A program made the position numbers and the translations under genes. From contig CAWHFJ010000025.1 in NCBI GenBank assembly GCA_963828495.1, positions 1-58,131 of the forward strand: a DNA stretch of 58,131 nt, read 5' to 3'. Position 1 is the stretch's first letter, and the number at the start of each line of letters is the position of its first letter. Below are positions 52,831-58,131 of the stretch, piece by piece. The stretch is from Candidatus Omnitrophota bacterium. Its GTDB lineage: Bacteria > Omnitrophota > Gorgyraeia > Zapsychrales > Fredricksoniimonadaceae. Below the pieces are notes generated by a model. The model saw only the letters and a program-made list of their open reading frames with translations, had not been told where the DNA came from and ran no database searches.

Positions 52831-53281
52831 ATGTCCGCGCCGGCTATCAGCTCGCTGGAGGCCATCGCCGGCTGGCTAACATGCGACGAGGGCAGCTTTG
52901 GGGAAGCCGGTGGCGCGGGCGCGATGCTCCGAATTGGGCACGACCGCAGGGCGAGCGACCGTCTGCTGTGCAGCAGAGTCGGCGCGTCGTCAGCGTCGAT
53001 CCGCTCGATCAGAGCGAAGCCCGTCAGTGGACCGCGCGTTACGGTCTGGCGGATCGCGTCGAGTTTCGCGCAAGGCGAGGTCATCGACTGTTGCCCCCTG
53101 CTGGATCAGCAATTTGACCTGGTGTTCCTGGGATACGGAGTACGATGTGGAGTTGCTCCGTGTGATCGACCAGCCCTTGCCACGATTACGACCAGGCGGT
53201 TATCTGGCCGTTCACGACTACCCCGATCCGGACTGGCCCGAGGTGCGGCGCGTCGTGGACGAGTACTGGCGCGGCGACTGA
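52831..53281 (+). CDS. class I SAM-dependent methyltransferase (Methyltransf_24-like), frameshifted as read
   Basis: LEAIAGWLTCDEG..., VVSVDPLDQSEARQWTARYGLADRVEF, FDLVFLD.EYDVELLRVIDQPLPRLRPGGYLAVHDY. Confidence 0.5.
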
Positions 53282-53631
53282 ACTGGAAGCGTCATGGGCA
53301 GGTCGACTACCTCGGCGTTTTCCGTACGTGAGCAATCGTGCGGGTATTGATCCATCGCGGCTCCGCCAGCCAACAGCAACGGTTGAAAGAAACGGCCGCA
53401 AATGATATGCCTAACCTTGATGGCACTAGCGGCAATCGCCAGAGTACCCGCTTGCTCAAGGCGTTGCGCGAACTGATTGTAGGTGAATGGCCCCCGTGTC
53501 GCCTTCTTCTCGTCGTGGCGGCAACCATTTGCAGGCCTGGGCTTGCCCTGATTGCCAAGCACGGCTGACGGCCTTGCCGGCTTGGGCGAAAGCGTACCTG
53601 CGCGGGCAGCACTACCTGAAGGGGAGAGAAG

Positions 53632-54992
53632 ATGTTTCGCGTCAAAGCATCTGAGGGCACCGAAGAGCTTCTCTGCCGCAGAACTCAACTCTACGGATCA
53701 CGCTATTGCTGGCCTGCACCCTGGCCAGTTGCGGGTCGATTTATCTGATCTTCCAAGACATCGTCGCGTCAGTGCCTGGCTCGAAGCTCGAACCGCTGTC
53801 GATGTCGAGCCTCGCATCGCTAAAGGCAGCAGCTCAGCCTGCAACTCTGCGGAAGTCTGGTCGTCCTCGCCATCCTGCTGTTTTGCCAGATCGCCATGTG
53901 GTGGCTGCGGCGCCGGTACCTGTTTAGCCAACAGTCTTTACGCCAGGTGAAGATGCTCGCACATGACATTTTGGCAAGCATGGACCGGGGTGTCCTGACG
54001 ACCAACTGCGAAGGAGTCGTCACAAGCATCAATTCAGCAGGAATCAACCTACTTGGGTTGGACTTTGAATGCGTCGGCACACCAGTTGCGTCCATCTCCT
54101 CGGCGGGATGTGCCTTTGGCCGAAGTATGCGGGGACGTACTTCGGAGCGAGGTAGCGGTTTGCGATCGTAACGTAAAAATCGAACGAGTGGGGCGCGTTG
54201 GCGCATTCGGCGACTGTGCATGTGCTTCAAGACAGCGAAGTGGCAGTCGTGGGTTGCGTTATCCACCTGCGCGATGTGACCGAGCGGATGTTGTTGGAAG
54301 AACAGATGCGCCGGATGGAGCGATTCGTCAGCGTTGCCATGTTGGCATCCGGGCTGCATCACGAAATCAAGAATCCGCTAACCGCCTTGAGCATCCATAT
54401 CCAACTCCTGGAGGAGAACCTGTCGTCTAGCGAGCCCGAGCAACAGGTCAACGAAATTGTCGGCGTACTGAAAACCGACTTGCCATTCGGCTCAACGGCG
54501 TGCTGGAAAGTCTTCCCGAAACTTTGCGAACCTTCAACATTTGGAACTGCAGCCGACCGACGTTCTGGACTTGGTCGAAAATGTCATCCGCCTGATTCGG
54601 CCGCAGGCGGCGAAACAGAAGGTCGAGATATGTTCCTCCGGCCAGACGCTGAACTGCCTCGCGTGCCGATGGATGCCGACAAGTTCGAAGAAGGGCCTGT
54701 AACCTCGTCATCAATGCCCTGGAGGCAATGCCGGATGGTGGCAAACTGACGCTGAACCTCTTGGCTGGCAACGGCAAAGTCTGTCTCGCGATTGAGGATA
54801 ATGGTTTTGGCATCCCGCCCGAGGTACAGCGCAACCTGTTTCGGCCATACTTCTCGACGAAGAGCAAAGGAAGTGGGATGGGTTTGGCATTGTGCGAGAA
54901 GTTAATCAGTCAGCACGGCGGACAAATCGACTATCGAACGGGCACAACAGGAACAACTTTTGAAATCAGCATCCCACTCCACAAATCAATGA
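53632..54992 (+). CDS. membrane PAS sensor histidine kinase (NtrB-like), frameshifted at least 4 times as read
   Basis: ATG after aggggagag. Two TM segments. PAS (LAHDILASMDRGVLTTNCEGVVTSINSAGINLLG). H-box LASGLHHEIKNPLTAL. ATPase GGKLTLNL...IEDNGFGIPPEV...STKSKGSGMGLALCEKLISQHGG. The end is assumed at an ATGA overlap. Confidence 0.75.
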
Positions 54993-56358
54993 AGTCCATG
55001 AAGCGATCGAAATTTTCGCATCCTGATCGTCGACGATGAGCCGAATATCCGCGCCTGGCCTGGCGAAGGCTTTGGCCGGCGAGGCTGATGAGGTCGATAC
55101 CGCTCAAGACGAGGTTGCCGCTCTCGCCTTATTCCGCAAGGAACACCACCATCTCGTGATTACCGATCTCAAGATGGTGGGACCTCGGCCGGGCTAGATC
55201 TGATGAAGCAGATCAAGCAGGAGAGGCCGAGACGCTGATCTTTGTCATTACGGCTCATGGTACCATCGATACCGCCGTCGAAGCCATGCGGGCCGGCGCC
55301 CATGAACTATATGAGCAAACCGGTTGATATCGGGATGCTGCGCCTTCAGGTTCGCAACGCCTACGAGCACCATCGGCTGACTCGAGGAGAACCGCCAACT
55401 CCGCAATCGGTTAGCGATGGCCGGCGAGGTTCCCGAGATGATCGGCCAAAGTCGCCGGCAATGCACGACGTGTTCGATCGGATTCGCCAGGTTGCCGCCA
55501 CGGATGTGACCATCTTGATCCACGGTGAAAGCGGTACCGGCAAGGAGCTGGTTGCCCGGGCTCTCCATAACTTGAGCCCCAGGTGTCTCAGCAACCGTTC
55601 ATTGCTGCGAACGTCGGCGCCTTGCCGGAATCACTGATCGAAAGCGAGCTATTCGGCTACGAGAAGGGAGCCTTTACCGGGGCTCATCGAGATAAGCCCG
55701 GTTGGTTTGAAATGGCTCAAGGCGGTATCTTGTTTCTCGACGAGATCGGAGAAATGCCGCCGAAGACGCAGGTGGACTTGCTGGCGAGAGCGCTGGAGCA
55801 GCGCAACTTGCCGGGGTCGGCAGTGAGGACTTGATCCGCGTTGACGTGAGGCTCATCGCCGCGACGCACCGAGACACCGCGACGTTGGTACGTGAGGGAA
55901 AATTTCGGGAAGATCTGTATTATCGATTGAACGTCGTACCGTTGCGGGTGCCTCCATTGCGTGAGCGACGTGACGACATCCCACTGCTGGTCGAGCATTT
56001 CCTTTGCCGATCCAGGGAAAGTTACCAAAAAGAGGCGCAAAGACGTCGCCGAGGCTGCCATGCGTATCATGTGTGGCTACCCTTGGCCGGGCAACGTCCG
56101 GCAGTTGCGGAATTGCATGGAACGGCTGACGGTCACAGTCGAAGGCCCCTCGATCCATGCAGAGGACTTACCCGAGGACATGCTTGCCGTGCCCGACCCA
56201 ACCGTTGTGACCCTGGAGCAAGCCGTCCAGAAAGCAGAAAAGGCCGCGATCTTGGCCGCGTTGGGGCAGTGCAACCAGCATCGCGATGCTCGGCCCATCT
56301 CCTCGGCATCAGCGTCCGGAACCTGCATTACAAGATGAACCGCTACGGTTTGCAGTAA
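54989..56358 (+). CDS. sigma-54-dependent response regulator (NtrC/AtoC family enhancer-binding protein), frameshifted at least 6 times as read
   Basis: Receiver [11 protein letters not shown]...VITDLKM...[21 protein letters not shown]+ [89 protein letters not shown]. Fis-type [21 protein letters not shown]. Confidence 0.85.
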
Positions 56359-56378
56359 TCATCTGCTTTTCAAGGATC

Positions 56379-56415
56379 TGCAAGATTTTGCAGATAATGT
56401 GCAGCGGTTTGCAGA
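56379..56415 (+). promoter_or_regulatory. helically phased TGCA(G/A) array, candidate enhancer (UAS) for the adjacent activator
   Basis: TGCAAG at 56379, TGCAGA at 56389, TGCAGC at 56400, TGCAGA at 56410 (10-11 nt spacing). A further TTTGCAG sits at 56348. Confidence 0.35.
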
Positions 56416-56515
56416 GTCGTTGACCCGAGGTCGCGGTGCTGCTGGGACGTGCCTGCGGCTACAACCCTAGACTCGTTCGGCCGGATACGCTCTTCGCGGG
56501 AGCAAGTCCTAGTTC

Positions 56516-56530
56516 CGGCATGCGCTTTGC
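56516..56530 (+). promoter_or_regulatory. sigma-54 (-24/-12) promoter candidate
   Basis: CGGCAT-GCGCT-TTGCG against consensus TGGCAC-N5-TTGCW. GG and GC are at the correct spacing, about 100-150 nt downstream of the TGCA array. Confidence 0.45.
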
Positions 56531-56684
56531 GGGTCTTAGTTTGCAACGTATCCGCCCGCGATTATCCAGGTAGGGCGACCTCGCGCCGTAACCAGCGACT
56601 TGAGCGTTGCGGGTCGCCAGCCTCGCCTAATCTGCACCATCGGATTTCGCGCGGCTCTCGCATGTCTGGACGCCCGGAGCTTCT

Positions 56685-56897
56685 ATGGCAGTTGATTCCG
56701 ACACCGAGACACGCGGCCTTTCGCGACATGTCAACCCGAGTGTTCGTCCTGTTTGGAACTCGTTCGACTATGCGCACCAGGACAAACTACTGGGCGACGA
56801 TATGCATGCCGGCATCAGTGTGTCTCTGGTTCTTGTGGCCTGCTTTGCTATCGGGTTGACGATGATCGGAATCGCCGTGGCCACACTGATCGTTTAG
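56685..56897 (+). CDS. small protein with a C-terminal TM helix, hypothetical
   Basis: 70-aa ORF ending ...MHAGISVSLVLVACFAIGLTMIGIAVATLIV*. The start is uncertain. Confidence 0.3.
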   Translation: MAVDSDTETRGLSRHVNPSVRPVWNSFDYAHQDKLLGDDMHAGISVSLVLVACFAIGLTMIGIAVATLIV

Positions 56898-56960
56898 GGC
56901 CGTTGAGTCCACCGCGTCAAAAACACAAATTGTTCGTCCGGTGGAGATGGGGCCGCGACA

Positions 56961-57455
56961 ATGCACGAAACAAGCCTCGTCTCATCGGGCGTTAGCCTGG
57001 CAGATGTTTTTCCGCGAGATGCGATACTGCTCGGCCTCCAGGTGCACACAAAGTGCGCGGCGATCGAACGGATGGTTTATCACTTGGCCGAACTACAGGG
57101 CCTTGGGCGCGATCGCGAGCGACTCCTAGTCCAAAGCATTCTCGCGCGGGAAACAGCCGGCTCAACCGGCATCGGAAATGGAATCGCGATCCCGCATTGT
57201 CGTTCAAGCCTGGTCGACAAGTGTTTCGGCGTATTGGCCCTTGATCCTGCTGGTGTTCCGTTCGACACGCTGGACGGAGAACCGGTCTATAGCGTTTTTC
57301 TTCTCGTGGCACCCCTGGATGGCATTGACAAGCCGTATCAAGTTATCGGAAAAATCGCGGCTATTGGCATGAACAAGAGCCAGCGCATACGATTGCAGGG
57401 ATGTAGGACGCAGGAAACAGCTCATCACTTCCTTTGTGATTTCGATCGTCCATAA
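56961..57455 (+). CDS. ptsN: PTS EIIA type-2 domain protein (PtsN / EIIA-Ntr-like), intact
   Basis: RETAGSTGIGNGIAIPHCR (active-site His context), PVYSVFLLVAP. Confidence 0.75.
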   Translation: MHETSLVSSGVSLADVFPRDAILLGLQVHTKCAAIERMVYHLAELQGLGRDRERLLVQSILARETAGSTGIGNGIAIPHCRSSLVDKCFGVLALDPAGVPFDTLDGEPVYSVFLLVAPLDGIDKPYQVIGKIAAIGMNKSQRIRLQGCRTQETAHHFLCDFDRP

Positions 57456-57817
57456 AGGCTACCCGACTGGGACCGCTGTTCGGTGAGCCAAGACAGAATA
57501 CCCCATGCCACCAGCGCGGAAGTATTTGGCATCAAGTCAGAGCAGTTGCCTGCGAGGGGAGCTCAAGCGACCTGCTCGCGCTGGGGTGTCCCAAAGGCGG
57601 CAAGCGACTGCTGATTCGCTTCAGCCAGACTCCTCAGGCCTCAGGCGGGACTGCCGGCTGCCTGATGATTCGGCGCGACAAGTGTTGTGGGGTTCCTGTC
57701 GTGACGGCCTTTCGCAAGCGCCCCCCTGGGTCAAGTCGTTGGGCCTGAAAGTGGTGACTCAACCGCCGGCGACCTAGGAATATTGGCTCCGCTTACGAAG
57801 TTGAGCGATTCCCTGCC

Positions 57818-58084
57818 TTGGAATTCGCTTTCACCTACTGCCGTGGCCCAGGCGTCGTGCATACATACCGCTGCAAGGACTGCGGCTGCCGTTTGTGGGC
57901 ACGGCTAACGAGCGGAAAGTGGATTTTAACACTCCGAGTTCTCATGGTCCCTTGCTGCCCGCATTCCGCCAGCCCCGATGTTCGCCGTTCGCCGTTTCGC
58001 TGGTTTGAGCGGTTGCTCGGGCTATTGCTCATGCGCCCATATCGTTGCTCGAACTGCGGAAAGCGATTCTGGGGTGCGTTCTAG
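57818..58084 (+). CDS. small double CxxC (zinc-ribbon-like) protein, hypothetical
   Basis: YRCKDCGCRLW ... RPYRCSNCGKRFW. Non-ATG start, so uncertain. Confidence 0.3.
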   Translation: MEFAFTYCRGPGVVHTYRCKDCGCRLWARLTSGKWILTLRVLMVPCCPHSASPDVRRSPFRWFERLLGLLLMRPYRCSNCGKRFWGAF

Positions 58085-58131
58085 CCCTCGCAAGGGATGG
58101 GTCGGCTGGCCGGCAAGTATCGGAGAGCGGT

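Noticed and set aside
53218-53688. 156-aa minus-strand ORF between the methyltransferase and the histidine kinase
   Set aside because: It overlaps the 3' end of the methyltransferase and the 5' region of the kinase, has no motif, and lies in GC-rich DNA where such ORFs arise by chance. It cannot be supported from sequence alone.

Overview
The window is two unrelated sequence blocks joined tail-to-tail at about 41.07-41.10 kb.

Block L (1 to ~41.08 kb) is AT-rich, gene-dense and mostly + strand. In order it carries:
- a SAM methyltransferase, a frameshifted DAACS-type symporter and an L,D-transpeptidase
- a small redox set: two aldo/keto reductases, an ABM monooxygenase, DUF1993 and a cupin
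- a ~1085-aa secreted modular protein with a class-I methyltransferase-like fold and a Hanks-type Ser/Thr kinase domain
- a nitroreductase and a ferritin-like protein
- a signalling cluster: OmpR-type RR + HK, orphan receiver, GGDEF cyclase, YfhO-like membrane protein, second HK + receiver
- an MBL-hydrolase/nitroreductase fusion, a TMTC-like TPR membrane protein, TauE/DUF1634, EamA and a B12-binding radical SAM enzyme
- a housekeeping operon hisC-aroF-tyrA-cmk-lepA-lepB behind a perfect consensus promoter, then pgsA-plsY
- a processive GT2 + PEGA pair
- a cobalamin riboswitch ahead of a 3'-truncated TonB-dependent receptor

Block R (~41.10-58.13 kb) is GC-rich and looks Planctomycetota-like by gene content, which is inference. 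It carries:
- a 3'-truncated sulfatase, yjbQ, a MORN/YwqK-repeat protein and rtcB
- several glycosyltransferase-like genes and a methyltransferase flanking a gene that encodes about eleven [K-A-P5-V-(GS)n] repeats
- a PAS histidine kinase + sigma-54 activator pair, then phased TGCA repeats, a -24/-12 promoter candidate and a PtsN-like EIIA

Almost every gene in block R needs several frame changes to read through. Block L has six isolated frame breaks, five of them 1-nt losses and four of those inside short homopolymers.

I recognised no rRNA, tRNA, CRISPR, transposase, integrase or phage genes.

Best candidates for something new:
1. The kinase/methyltransferase-bearing secreted protein, which sits between 16-bp direct repeats.
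2. The Ser-rich repeat protein embedded in a glycosyltransferase/methyltransferase neighbourhood.

The join at 41.1 kb is most likely an assembly chimera and should be resolved before any cross-junction interpretation.
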